A stretch of DNA of 64,000 bases. Source: Escherichia phage EPFV3-03/2025. This document shows, piece by piece, positions 1-9,498 of this stretch; within the stretch, counting starts at the first letter, position 1, and each line of letters starts with the position of its first letter. The stretch is from the sequence record PV435126.1. One strand, 5' to 3'. The position numbers were made by a program, and so were the translations under genes. The notes below the pieces were generated by a model that was given only the letters and a program-made list of their open reading frames with translations, was not told the DNA's origin and did no database searches.

Positions 1-717
1 ATGGCTACGCTTTATAGTGATATATTGATGGACCCACAGACAGGTGATTTGGCGATAGACAAAGGTCTTGAGTTGATAGACTCGAACCAAGTAAGTCTGC
101 GCCAGCGCCTGTGGATGAGGTTTAATACCTGGAAAGGGAGCTGGTACTTTGACGAGTTGTTTGGCTTCCCTTATATGGACTTTCTTAGTAAGAAGGTCAT
201 GAAGACTGTTCTTGATAACAAGATTATGGAAGTGGCAAGACAAGAGCCGGATGTGCTAAACATCATAAACTTCCAATCTACTATGGATCGAAGATCGAGA
301 ACATATCAAGCGTTCTTTGAGGTTGTTACCAAGGAGAACGAGATTGTAAGACTTGCTTTCGTAGGTCTTGATCAGTTTACCTATCCACAGCCTGATGCTG
401 GGACAACCTCTCTCTGTGATGATGAAGGTTGGATTAAGTGGGCTAATAAACTGTACTACCTGATCAACTTCAGATTGCCTAGAACCGGGGATGCCACATG
501 GTGGAACCAGTATGCTGGTCCTGAGATGGAAAACCCGATCCCTGTAGGCTCTCTGTTGACTCAGGATAAAGATCTGCTGATGACTGAGGCAGAACAAACC
601 ATTAACCGCAATACCTGGACGCTTGCTCCAGATGAGCGCGAATACTCTGGTGTTATTGCTACCTCCAATGATGAGGCTATTGCCAACCAGTCTGGTCGTG
701 CTATCGATGTTAACTAA
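1..717 (+). CDS. putative baseplate/tail structural protein
   Basis: 238-aa ORF from the track, ATG at window position 1 (may be the true start or coincidence). N-terminal motif LRQRLWMRFNTWKGSWYFDELFGFPY is reminiscent of baseplate wedge-type proteins; recalled resemblance only. Confidence 0.4.
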   Translation: MATLYSDILMDPQTGDLAIDKGLELIDSNQVSLRQRLWMRFNTWKGSWYFDELFGFPYMDFLSKKVMKTVLDNKIMEVARQEPDVLNIINFQSTMDRRSRTYQAFFEVVTKENEIVRLAFVGLDQFTYPQPDAGTTSLCDDEGWIKWANKLYYLINFRLPRTGDATWWNQYAGPEMENPIPVGSLLTQDKDLLMTEAEQTINRNTWTLAPDEREYSGVIATSNDEAIANQSGRAIDVN

Positions 718-726
718 GGAGAAATC

Positions 727-1395
727 ATGGCTGTAGCTTATCCTACAATACCAATTCCAGATCTTGAAGATGCAGAAACAGTCCTGAGTGATGACTTCTT
801 GGTTGTCAATCAGACTGATGGGACAAGAAAGGCTAAGATTGACGATGTTGTCAACGATCTCAGCATTACTAAAATAGTCTATTTCACAGAGGGCGGTTAT
901 CTTAAGAGCAAGAAGGACTTTGCTTATGACCCAGAGACCAAGCGCTACTACACGTGGAACGGGGACTATCCTAAAATAATCCTCCCAGACTCCACTGTAG
1001 AGGGTGCTGGGGGTGTGTCTGCAAAAGCCTGGTCTGTTTTTGGTGAGCTTGCTGCAACTTCTTCTGGCAGAATAGTTGACTACGGATCTATTGGTGGTCA
1101 GCTTGATATGGATCTTGAAGTTGCTGACACTTTTAAAGTTCGACTAACTTCAAATACCACAATCTCTTTTGAAAATCAAACAGAAGGTCTTGAAGGGGTG
1201 GCGAGAACTATAACCGTATGCATTACTCAGACCTCTGGCGGTAACAAAGTCTATTGGCCTGATAATGTTAAATGGGCATACGGAAGAGATCCTATCCTAA
1301 CATTTACAGCTGGTGCAACAGATATTTTCAAGTTAGAAACCTACGACAACGGGTTAACTTGGTACGGGGCACTGATTATAGCAGGAGCTATCTAA
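727..1395 (+). CDS. tail fiber/tailspike N-terminal anchor-domain protein
   Basis: 222-aa ORF. Its N-terminus (DDFLVVNQTDGTRKAKIDDVV...FTEGGYL...DFAY...AW) is clearly homologous to the N-terminus of the 4030-7830 fiber. RBS-like GGAGAAA upstream. Confidence 0.6.
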   Translation: MAVAYPTIPIPDLEDAETVLSDDFLVVNQTDGTRKAKIDDVVNDLSITKIVYFTEGGYLKSKKDFAYDPETKRYYTWNGDYPKIILPDSTVEGAGGVSAKAWSVFGELAATSSGRIVDYGSIGGQLDMDLEVADTFKVRLTSNTTISFENQTEGLEGVARTITVCITQTSGGNKVYWPDNVKWAYGRDPILTFTAGATDIFKLETYDNGLTWYGALIIAGAI

Positions 1396-1396
1396 G

Positions 1397-3994
1397 ATGC
1401 GTATTCAACACAACATTGATAACGTATTTCAGATGATTGAGGGGCACAGGAAGTGCCTCGATAACAACACAGGAATTACCAATCTCCCTACGCAGAACAA
1501 GCTGGTAAACCAGGATGGACTTATAGCGTCAGGTTGGTCAGGGAGTAAGATAAGTAATGATTGGGCAATGCATGAAGCTCAGGCTGTGTTGATTCTGGGG
1601 TACATTGAGGCATATAGGGCATCAAAAAGCGATTTTTATCTAGATAGGGCCAAAGAAGCTTGGGAAGCCTACAACAGTCATCTTCTGGGTGCATATGCAG
1701 TAGAAAGTAAAATGCAAAGATTGTCCCACTACCCATTATCCACAGATGGAGTTCCATCACATGGTGGGTTTAAAGATGTAGTGGTGTCTTTTACCAACGG
1801 TAGAGGAAAAATCCCAGCTGGATCTCCTACATGGGGTGAATACCTAGACAAGGCATTCCAAGCGTATAACGGTGTGCTAGGAAGAAACACTGTAGACTCT
1901 GATGTCTACGGCGGCACAGATGCTAACCCAAATTGGACAACATCTGGATTAAGTTGGTGGGTTGAGTGGTATATAGCATGGGATGGTAACCGCTATTGGG
2001 CCAACGGTAGCATAGCCGACAGTGGTCATACGTCTGTAGAGTTCGGCACAATCCAACTGCAGGACAAGGGTGTTACAGGCAGCCACAAGGTAACCTACTG
2101 TGTGAGATTGCCACAAGAGCAGGGTGGATCGGTGATACCTGCTGGATCCCCTGTAATTGTAAATCCTATAAATGTGGTTGCAGATAATCAAGCCCCAGAG
2201 TTGGACGGGGAGGAAATGTGGTGTGACGCTTGTTATCAACTCTACACCTTGACAGGTGAGGAAAAGTATTACACAGCGTTCAAGCAGTCTTACAACAAGC
2301 TGCTTAATTTCAGCGATATAAATGCCTACGACAAACTGTTTAGAAAGACCACGTTAATTAAGGCACCGTTCACAGATGGTACTTGTCTCGTCGCAGGAAC
2401 AGTTCCTGTCATGAGCAGGGACAGTGACGGGTATATCAATTTTAGAATGAACGCACGTCAGCCTTGCGAAATAATTCAAAAAGGGACTACATACAAGATA
2501 GGCAGAGATGCTGAAATTGTTATGAATTTCGGAGGAGAAGGGGTTCTGTTCCAGCCACACTTCATCCTTAATGATGGCAACAATAACAAAAAACAGTATA
2601 GGATAGGTGTCCCTTTTGGAGGGGCAGAGGTAACAGAGACAGTTGCCAAGGTTACTGATTTCGTAGAGGTGGTAGGTAAAGATGGTAACCCGTATCTCTT
2701 ACCAAAAGAGGAAAACATTGTCGTAAGCGGTGGCGCTAGTGTTAGTATGCAGTACGATACCGACATTTATAACCACTCAGACAACTTCACCCGTTGCAAC
2801 ATAGCAAGGGGCAAGGTAACTTTCAATTTTGGAAGAGAGATTTCTTTAAACTCAGTAACTTATCGATCAGATGATGAGATGATAAGGGTCAAATTTCTTG
2901 ACAAAGACCGTTGGTTATGGTATGCTGATCTATATGCCACTAACGGGCAATGGATAACAGAAACTCTTACCCTGGGCGATTTTAAATTAGACCCAACACA
3001 ACCTCATCACACAGAAGATGAGATTAAACCTTTCTTTGCTAATCCTAAGGGGCTCACCTCTGTAGATTTCAGCCTAAGCGACAGGCAGATAGGCAATGGC
3101 TTGTTCGATCTGTATTGCGTCAATACGCTGCCGCAATTTTATGTTGCAGATAGAGATGCTTATCTGATCTGGTTTAGTGTATGGATGGCAAGCAAGACAG
3201 AATCAACAGCCAAGGTTGGTGATTGCTATGTCAGAAACTACAAGCAAGGCGCATACAGACACACTCCTGGTGTGTTACCTGCTGGAAAGGTAATAGATAA
3301 GGAAAATTATCTTCTGGAAGAAAAGCCAAATTGGCCCTATCCTGGCATGCAGTATCCGGTAGTCTACTGTATGGGTGCGGAAAACATAGATCGTCAAAGA
3401 TTGGCAAATACAATTGGATTTATGTACGACTCCCAAGTTTGGTATAATAACACATTTAAAACAGAAGGACCAGTTGCATCTCGCTACGTATGGCAGAGGG
3501 GTAATGAGGGGTTGACTGGTTGGTGGGAGATGGTAGATAACTCTAAACTACAATCAAGAGCCTTTGTTGCTGCGTGCCGCACACTATATGAGCTTAAGAA
3601 ACATAAAGAACCTGTTGATGAAAGACTGTTCCTGTTCTGCCAGAAATGGGCATGGTTCCTCAACAGATTCCAGTCATCTCATTCCGGAAATCTCCCTACA
3701 GACTTTAATACCTCCGGTGGATATTCTTATCAGGACAGAGGGGACAGAATGTGGGTGGTAGGTGAATGGCTTGCAGGTTGCTGCTGGCTGGGTCTTTGCG
3801 GGTATTCAGAGACAATACCCCAAATAGATATTGTTGTAGAAGCCTGTGTGAAGTTACTGCAAAAGCACCACTTCATTAACGGGGACAATGTTTTAAACGG
3901 CTGCTGGGCAGTCTCTGATCCGGTGGGCTATCACTCTGGCGAAATCCTTCGCGGTCTAGGCCTTTATGCTCAATACCGTGGATTGTACCTTTAA
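1397..3994 (+). CDS. large structural protein, possible distal tailspike/receptor-binding module
   Basis: 865-aa ORF starting 2 nt after the stop of the anchor-domain ORF; sits in the tail-fiber cluster. No recognisable catalytic motif. Confidence 0.5.
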   Translation: MRIQHNIDNVFQMIEGHRKCLDNNTGITNLPTQNKLVNQDGLIASGWSGSKISNDWAMHEAQAVLILGYIEAYRASKSDFYLDRAKEAWEAYNSHLLGAYAVESKMQRLSHYPLSTDGVPSHGGFKDVVVSFTNGRGKIPAGSPTWGEYLDKAFQAYNGVLGRNTVDSDVYGGTDANPNWTTSGLSWWVEWYIAWDGNRYWANGSIADSGHTSVEFGTIQLQDKGVTGSHKVTYCVRLPQEQGGSVIPAGSPVIVNPINVVADNQAPELDGEEMWCDACYQLYTLTGEEKYYTAFKQSYNKLLNFSDINAYDKLFRKTTLIKAPFTDGTCLVAGTVPVMSRDSDGYINFRMNARQPCEIIQKGTTYKIGRDAEIVMNFGGEGVLFQPHFILNDGNNNKKQYRIGVPFGGAEVTETVAKVTDFVEVVGKDGNPYLLPKEENIVVSGGASVSMQYDTDIYNHSDNFTRCNIARGKVTFNFGREISLNSVTYRSDDEMIRVKFLDKDRWLWYADLYATNGQWITETLTLGDFKLDPTQPHHTEDEIKPFFANPKGLTSVDFSLSDRQIGNGLFDLYCVNTLPQFYVADRDAYLIWFSVWMASKTESTAKVGDCYVRNYKQGAYRHTPGVLPAGKVIDKENYLLEEKPNWPYPGMQYPVVYCMGAENIDRQRLANTIGFMYDSQVWYNNTFKTEGPVASRYVWQRGNEGLTGWWEMVDNSKLQSRAFVAACRTLYELKKHKEPVDERLFLFCQKWAWFLNRFQSSHSGNLPTDFNTSGGYSYQDRGDRMWVVGEWLAGCCWLGLCGYSETIPQIDIVVEACVKLLQKHHFINGDNVLNGCWAVSDPVGYHSGEILRGLGLYAQYRGLYL

Positions 3995-4029
3995 CATAGG
4001 GGGCTGTTTGCCCCCTTTCAGGAGAAAGA

Positions 4030-7000
4030 ATGGCTGATATTAAAGTTGTCAGAATTGAATCTCTTCCTGCCACTACTGCAGTGACAGAGGATGATTACCT
4101 GGTTGTTCAACAACCAGACCTGACCCGTCGTGTAAAAATTGGCGATGTTGTCCATATAGATGGGACTGTTTCTCATGTAATCTCCTTTAAGGAAGGTGGT
4201 AAGTTAAACGGCCCAATGGATTTTGCCTACTTCGAAGAGGAAGACCTCTACCTGCGTTGGAAAGGCGAATTTCCACACACTGTTCCTGCACTATCTTCAC
4301 CATACGCTGATGGTGGGATTACCGATGCTGCATGGATGGTATATACAGACCCTTCCTTGAGAGAGGAGCTGGAGTCTACCATTGGCGCATCTATGATCAT
4401 GACAGCCGAAGGGCAGTCTGTACAGGATGTAATGGATGTTACTGTTCAGACAGCCAACGATGCCAAAGCACTTGCACAGCGGGTAGATTTTGGTACAGTG
4501 CATACTGTAGGTGATGTTATTCACCTTGTCAACTTTGTTGGTCCTGCAGTTATTGAAGAGGGAAGAACTACTAACTACCCTTCTGAAGCAGCTGGTGAAA
4601 AATTTCTGAACGGTGTGGTATCTCGTCGTGATACTACAACTGTTGATGGTATTTTCCGTGGCGCTACCTCCGGAGCCATGTATACCATTGCAGTAACCAA
4701 TGGTGTGGCAACAACAAAAAGAATAGCACTTCGTGATGAATTTAAGCGCCTGGAGGCAAACAACCCAACAAGAACAGTTATCCGTGCCGGGGATGATTTA
4801 AACACGGCGGGGTACTTGCAGCTTGATGCAACAGGCCGTTGGGGTATGTGGAACCAGCAAACAGCTTCGTGGCAACCTCTTGCTATAGAGCAAGGCGGTA
4901 CAGGAGCCAGAGATGCCGCTGGAGTCCGTATCAATATCGGTGCTTTCTATAAGCAACGTGCAGCCCTTGAGGCAAATTTCAATATCAATAACTTGACTGG
5001 TAATCAGGACGGCATATACTATCAACCGATGACTGCTAATGCAACTGAGGCAAATGGTTATCCTGCAGGTTCTGGTGCTGGTCACTTGATTGTTTGGCAG
5101 AACAATGCTAACGGTGGCACAGGCTGTCGTCAGGAATACTATCCATTCTCTAACGTGGATGTTTGGTATTTGAGAACCTATCAGGCCAACACAAACCAAT
5201 GGACTGCATGGCAGCCGATGGTCAGACCTCGGAATGATGACACCTTCAGATCTCATATCGGCCTTGGTAAAAACAACTCCCCTGCTTTCGGGAACCTTTA
5301 CTTAGCTCAATACTCAGGAGATGTTAAAAATGCTTCAGGTATTCTCCATGGAGATAAATATGACGCTGATGGTGTTCTTGAGCACGGTTATAGGATCTAC
5401 TCAGAAGTAAGAAACGACAATAAGGCTTGGTTAACAATCCACCTTCACAAAGGCGCAAAAGGATCTGAAACTCATAGGTATTTAGGCTTCCGTGAGGATG
5501 GGGTATTAGACTGTCCTAAATACATGCAGGTTGGGGATCTTACTGGTCAGCTGACAAACTGGGGACTTGGAGAATGGATTCGTAGTTCAGGGGCAGAAAG
5601 AGGGTTCTGGGGTTCCAAGAAAGCTGCTAAGATGGTCGTCTGGGATGGAGGGATGGATGAGTCCGGTAACGGCACTTTGGAATGGGGTGTTTATAACAAC
5701 CGGAAGGCCAAGTGGGAACCTTTACCTCACGCCGCAGGTGGTACTGGGGTTACAACTTTAGCAGAGGCTCAGAATCTGTTCAAAGTTCCTGCGGCTGCAG
5801 GTGTAAAAGATTTCTTAACACTGCCAAGAACCGCAGGGATGGAAGATGGGAAATATTACCCAATCATCGTTAGGACAGATCCGTACTATGCTCCGACCAC
5901 AGGGACAGATATCACCCTAGTTACCAGATCGTCATCTGGCGGTGACCCTATGAACTGTTCTACACTACAGTGCCACTATAGGACTGGCGGTTGGACAGAT
6001 AGAGGAGACTCTTTCTACGGGGTAGTAAATTTCTACCAAAATGAAAAAGCACTTCTTGGAATGGTTGCTCCAACAAGGGGTAAACAAGAGTATGTTGCTT
6101 TCTATGCAGAGGCGCGCGCTTTCCCTGTCAGCGTATACGCAAGTAGAAATGTTGTCGAAGTGTTTACCAGAGAACAAGATTACCAAGTCGGCCCTGTAAC
6201 AGATAATCAGGATGGTGTTAAGTTTGTTGCACCTCTCCAGTCAGCTGACTTGAATCTTGCTGTTCTTGGAGATAACATTACTAACACCAGGCCTATTGTT
6301 GACTTCAAAGGCACCTCTGGGTTCTACACTGGTGGCGGCACACAGTGGCACTATATAGGCACTGCTGAACGCTATGCTGTGATGAGCAAAATGAATATGC
6401 CAAAAGTCGAGCTGTGGGCAGACGGTATTGACTATTTGTGCTACGGCAGTCCTAGAAAGGCATTATTCTCTAACGCTGGATTCCAGTGTGCATCGGACGG
6501 AACAGAGGATCTAACTAACGGCACGTTTACCTCTAAATGCGGTAATGGCGCTGGCCTTAAAGGCCAAGCAGAGTTCAGGTCTACTCCAGAAGCTGGTCAA
6601 GTTATTGTTCGAGATGTTGTGGGAACAGCTCATAGATTCTACAACTTCAACAAAGATGGTACTTTCTCAGCCCCAGGTGGTTTTGTATGCCATACTGGTG
6701 GAGACTGGAACAACCAGTTCGGGCCCAATAACCCGTCAAAAATAATGGCTGGCAACGTCAACGGACCAGAAGGTTCGATGGTTGTTGGTGGACTGTCTGT
6801 GGCTTTTTCTGGGAACTATGCTTTCCAAATGGCTGGTCGCCTTGATCAGTTATACACCAGGTCTATCGAGGGTGGTAACCATAGAGCGTGGAACAAGGTC
6901 ATACAACACAGAGGGCAAGGTCTGGGGGTTAATGACCTTAACGACTATAAAGGGGATAGGGAAGGTTTTTATCATCAGGAGGCCAATGCTCAAGCCACAC

Positions 7001-7830
7001 CTGATAGAAACTACCCATGCTCCCGAGCAGGTACGCTTATAGTGTATAGGAACTACGCCAATGTTCCAGAGAGTTGCGTACAGGAGTATATATCATATCT
7101 TGGGGAAAAATTCCTGCGTTATGGAACAACAATAGGTAGTGTTTTCACATGGGGACCTTGGCAGCAGCTTGGTGGTAAGGGAATTACTCTTAAAACCGCA
7201 GGCTCCAATCTTGACCCGGAGTTCATGATACATACAGGTGGCGGGACTGATGTTACCAACACTTCCAACATGCCTTCTAATACAGGCAGGATGTACTACT
7301 GGGGTAATGGCGCAGACAGGAAGAACGTGCTTGAGTTCCAGATAAACGACAACGCTACATCTGCCAGTTGGGTATGGCATTGTGGTGCTAAGACAGATGA
7401 GGCCAAGTCAAGGTACCTTGCTGTCAACGGCGTAGTAGAGTGCACCGCTGTCAGCCAGAGCTCTGACCGTGACCTGAAGGATAACATAGAGGTTATTCCT
7501 AACGCGCTGGAAGCTATCCGTAAGATGAAGGGCTATACCTACACTCTAAAAGAGAATGGTATGCCTCACGCGGGGGTAATTGCTCAAGAGGTCATGGAAG
7601 CATTACCTGAAGCTGTTGGCTCTTTCGTGAAAAGGAAAGAGGTTCCTGGTCCTACTCAAGATGGTATTCCTCTGATGACCGAGGAAAGATTCTATAATGT
7701 TGACTATGCGGCTGTAACAGGATTGCTTGTTCAGGTTTGCAGAGAACAAGATGATAGAATAACCTCCCTTGAGGAACAGGTTAAAAAACTAACAGAGGTT
7801 GTTACCGAGTTACAAGGAAAATTGAAGTAA
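4030..7830 (+). CDS. tail fiber protein with C-terminal intramolecular chaperone (peptidase S74-like) domain
   Basis: 1266-aa ORF. N-terminal anchor domain shared with 727-1395. C-terminal SSDRDLKDNIEVIPNALEAIRKMKGYTYTLKENG...HAGVIAQEV...VDY matches the autoproteolytic chaperone domain of endosialidase/L-shaped fibers. RBS GGAGAAAG upstream; terminator downstream. Confidence 0.8.
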   Translation: MADIKVVRIESLPATTAVTEDDYLVVQQPDLTRRVKIGDVVHIDGTVSHVISFKEGGKLNGPMDFAYFEEEDLYLRWKGEFPHTVPALSSPYADGGITDAAWMVYTDPSLREELESTIGASMIMTAEGQSVQDVMDVTVQTANDAKALAQRVDFGTVHTVGDVIHLVNFVGPAVIEEGRTTNYPSEAAGEKFLNGVVSRRDTTTVDGIFRGATSGAMYTIAVTNGVATTKRIALRDEFKRLEANNPTRTVIRAGDDLNTAGYLQLDATGRWGMWNQQTASWQPLAIEQGGTGARDAAGVRINIGAFYKQRAALEANFNINNLTGNQDGIYYQPMTANATEANGYPAGSGAGHLIVWQNNANGGTGCRQEYYPFSNVDVWYLRTYQANTNQWTAWQPMVRPRNDDTFRSHIGLGKNNSPAFGNLYLAQYSGDVKNASGILHGDKYDADGVLEHGYRIYSEVRNDNKAWLTIHLHKGAKGSETHRYLGFREDGVLDCPKYMQVGDLTGQLTNWGLGEWIRSSGAERGFWGSKKAAKMVVWDGGMDESGNGTLEWGVYNNRKAKWEPLPHAAGGTGVTTLAEAQNLFKVPAAAGVKDFLTLPRTAGMEDGKYYPIIVRTDPYYAPTTGTDITLVTRSSSGGDPMNCSTLQCHYRTGGWTDRGDSFYGVVNFYQNEKALLGMVAPTRGKQEYVAFYAEARAFPVSVYASRNVVEVFTREQDYQVGPVTDNQDGVKFVAPLQSADLNLAVLGDNITNTRPIVDFKGTSGFYTGGGTQWHYIGTAERYAVMSKMNMPKVELWADGIDYLCYGSPRKALFSNAGFQCASDGTEDLTNGTFTSKCGNGAGLKGQAEFRSTPEAGQVIVRDVVGTAHRFYNFNKDGTFSAPGGFVCHTGGDWNNQFGPNNPSKIMAGNVNGPEGSMVVGGLSVAFSGNYAFQMAGRLDQLYTRSIEGGNHRAWNKVIQHRGQGLGVNDLNDYKGDREGFYHQEANAQATPDRNYPCSRAGTLIVYRNYANVPESCVQEYISYLGEKFLRYGTTIGSVFTWGPWQQLGGKGITLKTAGSNLDPEFMIHTGGGTDVTNTSNMPSNTGRMYYWGNGADRKNVLEFQINDNATSASWVWHCGAKTDEAKSRYLAVNGVVECTAVSQSSDRDLKDNIEVIPNALEAIRKMKGYTYTLKENGMPHAGVIAQEVMEALPEAVGSFVKRKEVPGPTQDGIPLMTEERFYNVDYAAVTGLLVQVCREQDDRITSLEEQVKKLTEVVTELQGKLK

Positions 7831-7837
7831 CTGTTTT

Positions 7838-7866
7838 GCCCTCGCTTCGGCGGGGGCTTTTTGTTT
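7838..7866 (+). terminator. rho-independent terminator (GCCCTCGC-TTCG-GCGGGGGC + T-run)
   Basis: GC stem with UUCG tetraloop followed by TTTTTGTTT, immediately after the fiber stop codon. Confidence 0.7.
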
Positions 7867-7869
7867 GTA

Positions 7870-7898
7870 TTGCGTATTAACTTAAAATCTGGTAAAAT
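7870..7898 (+). promoter_or_regulatory. sigma70-like promoter with extended -10 (TTGCGT-17-TGGTAAAAT)
   Basis: -35-like TTGCGT, 17-nt spacer, TGG-TAAAAT; same architecture recurs near 13381. Confidence 0.4.
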
Positions 7899-7929
7899 AA
7901 CTATCATATTTGTTTAACCTGGAGGCACA

Positions 7930-8520
7930 ATGTTTTTATGGGAAAGGCCTAGATACCTCCCAGATATTAGATTGGAGTTACTGGCAGACATCGTTACATT
8001 TAAAAGCCCGTTTACAGGTAAGACGCAAAAAGTCACCTATGCCACTCCTAACTGGAAAGGCACTTTGACGGTTTCCAATATCAGCGAGTCTCAGTTGTTG
8101 GAGCTCAAAAGCTTTGTTGATCAGGTTTACAAAGATGGGAACATTTTTCTTATCAAGGCTTATGGGCATTCAGTTACCTCCAACGAGCCAATCGCTCTCG
8201 GACCGACTGGTAACGACGATTTTTTGAAGACGGTTGGTTGGGAGCCTAACAGGGATATAGCCAGAGCTGGGGATAAAATATCTGTCAATGATGAGTTGAA
8301 AGTGGTGACAGCCTCAGTACGAAGCGATGGTGTTGGGGCTGCTGTTATAAACATATCTCCAAGACTTAGGAAACCTATTGCCGCAGGGGATACCATGAAG
8401 ATAATAACTCAATCTCCGAAGGGTAGATTTCATATCAGAGATCTTTATAAAATTAAGCAAAAGGTTGATGCTATGCAGAAAGGTGACAATATAGTTATCA
8501 ACTTCTTTGAGGATTTCTAA
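7930..8520 (+). CDS. hypothetical structural protein
   Basis: 196-aa ORF with RBS GGAGG 6 nt upstream. Confidence 0.5.
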   Translation: MFLWERPRYLPDIRLELLADIVTFKSPFTGKTQKVTYATPNWKGTLTVSNISESQLLELKSFVDQVYKDGNIFLIKAYGHSVTSNEPIALGPTGNDDFLKTVGWEPNRDIARAGDKISVNDELKVVTASVRSDGVGAAVINISPRLRKPIAAGDTMKIITQSPKGRFHIRDLYKIKQKVDAMQKGDNIVINFFEDF

Positions 8521-9073
8521 GATGATAAGAGCGCCATTAGATAATTTATTTCTTGAAAAGCTAGAGCTTGATGGTGTTGAGATCTTAATTGCTGCAAAGC
8601 TAGAGCTGCCAACAGGTACTGTCAGGGTGTGCTCAGGAACTGGTGTTGTAGTGATTGAGGGTCAACATTTCATAGGGATAGGTGGATCAGCAACATTGAC
8701 TGCTGTGTCTGAGAAAGATGCCACCAACTTCGGATCTGTGGTAGCAACATTGAACGGGTTTGATCCCAAGTATGTAGGTGATCTTCTGAAGACTGAGTAT
8801 TCTGGTTGCCGTGCCACGTTGTATATCACCGCTATGGAGAATGGTTTACCTGTTACAACTAATGGCTTGTTTGACGGCCTTATAACAGACATGGCTATTC
8901 AGACAGGGGAGAATAGCGCTCTGTCCATATCCATCTCTTCTATCTTCAACAGTTGGTTAAGAGGTTTTCCTTATCGATACACAGAGGAAAGCCATAGCTC
9001 AAGAAACGATAATGACAGATTTTTTAAATATGTGGATCAGGTGGCAAGCCGCCCGATCATTTGGGAGGTTTAA
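8507..9073 (+). CDS. hypothetical structural protein
   Basis: 188-aa ORF; track start overlaps the previous gene, true start may be the in-frame ATG near 8522. Confidence 0.5.
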   Translation: MRISKMIRAPLDNLFLEKLELDGVEILIAAKLELPTGTVRVCSGTGVVVIEGQHFIGIGGSATLTAVSEKDATNFGSVVATLNGFDPKYVGDLLKTEYSGCRATLYITAMENGLPVTTNGLFDGLITDMAIQTGENSALSISISSIFNSWLRGFPYRYTEESHSSRNDNDRFFKYVDQVASRPIIWEV

Positions 9074-9498
9074 TGAGCACACATCCTCGTTTAGTAGACT
9101 GGCAAGAAAGGTTGTGGAAAGTATTTGACGAAGAAGCCACCGTCCCGTTTGAATGGGGATTCCACGATTGTTGCACTTTTGCGGCTAAATGTGTTGATGC
9201 CCAATACGGAACAGATTTTCTTTCTAACTTTGAAGGAACGTATAAAACAGAGTTGGAAAGCAAGAGATGGTGCATGCTCCGTTTCAAAACTACACACCTA
9301 CCTACTATTTTTGATCTCTTTTTGACTAGACTGGATACTCCTAAGCAGATTCAGCGTGGTGATATTGTTATTTTCGAAGGTCTGAACGGCCTCACGGCTG
9401 GTGTGTTCTGGAACAACCAGATTTGGGCGAAAGGTGATAAAGGGATCTTTACGTTCGATATGAAAGATTCTATCGTTGTTGATGTCTGGAGGTATTAA
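9073..9498 (+). CDS. hypothetical protein
   Basis: Track ORF 9061-9498; internal ATG near 9073 (MSTHPRL) follows GGGAGG and is the more likely start. Confidence 0.45.
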   Translation: MSTHPRLVDWQERLWKVFDEEATVPFEWGFHDCCTFAAKCVDAQYGTDFLSNFEGTYKTELESKRWCMLRFKTTHLPTIFDLFLTRLDTPKQIQRGDIVIFEGLNGLTAGVFWNNQIWAKGDKGIFTFDMKDSIVVDVWRY

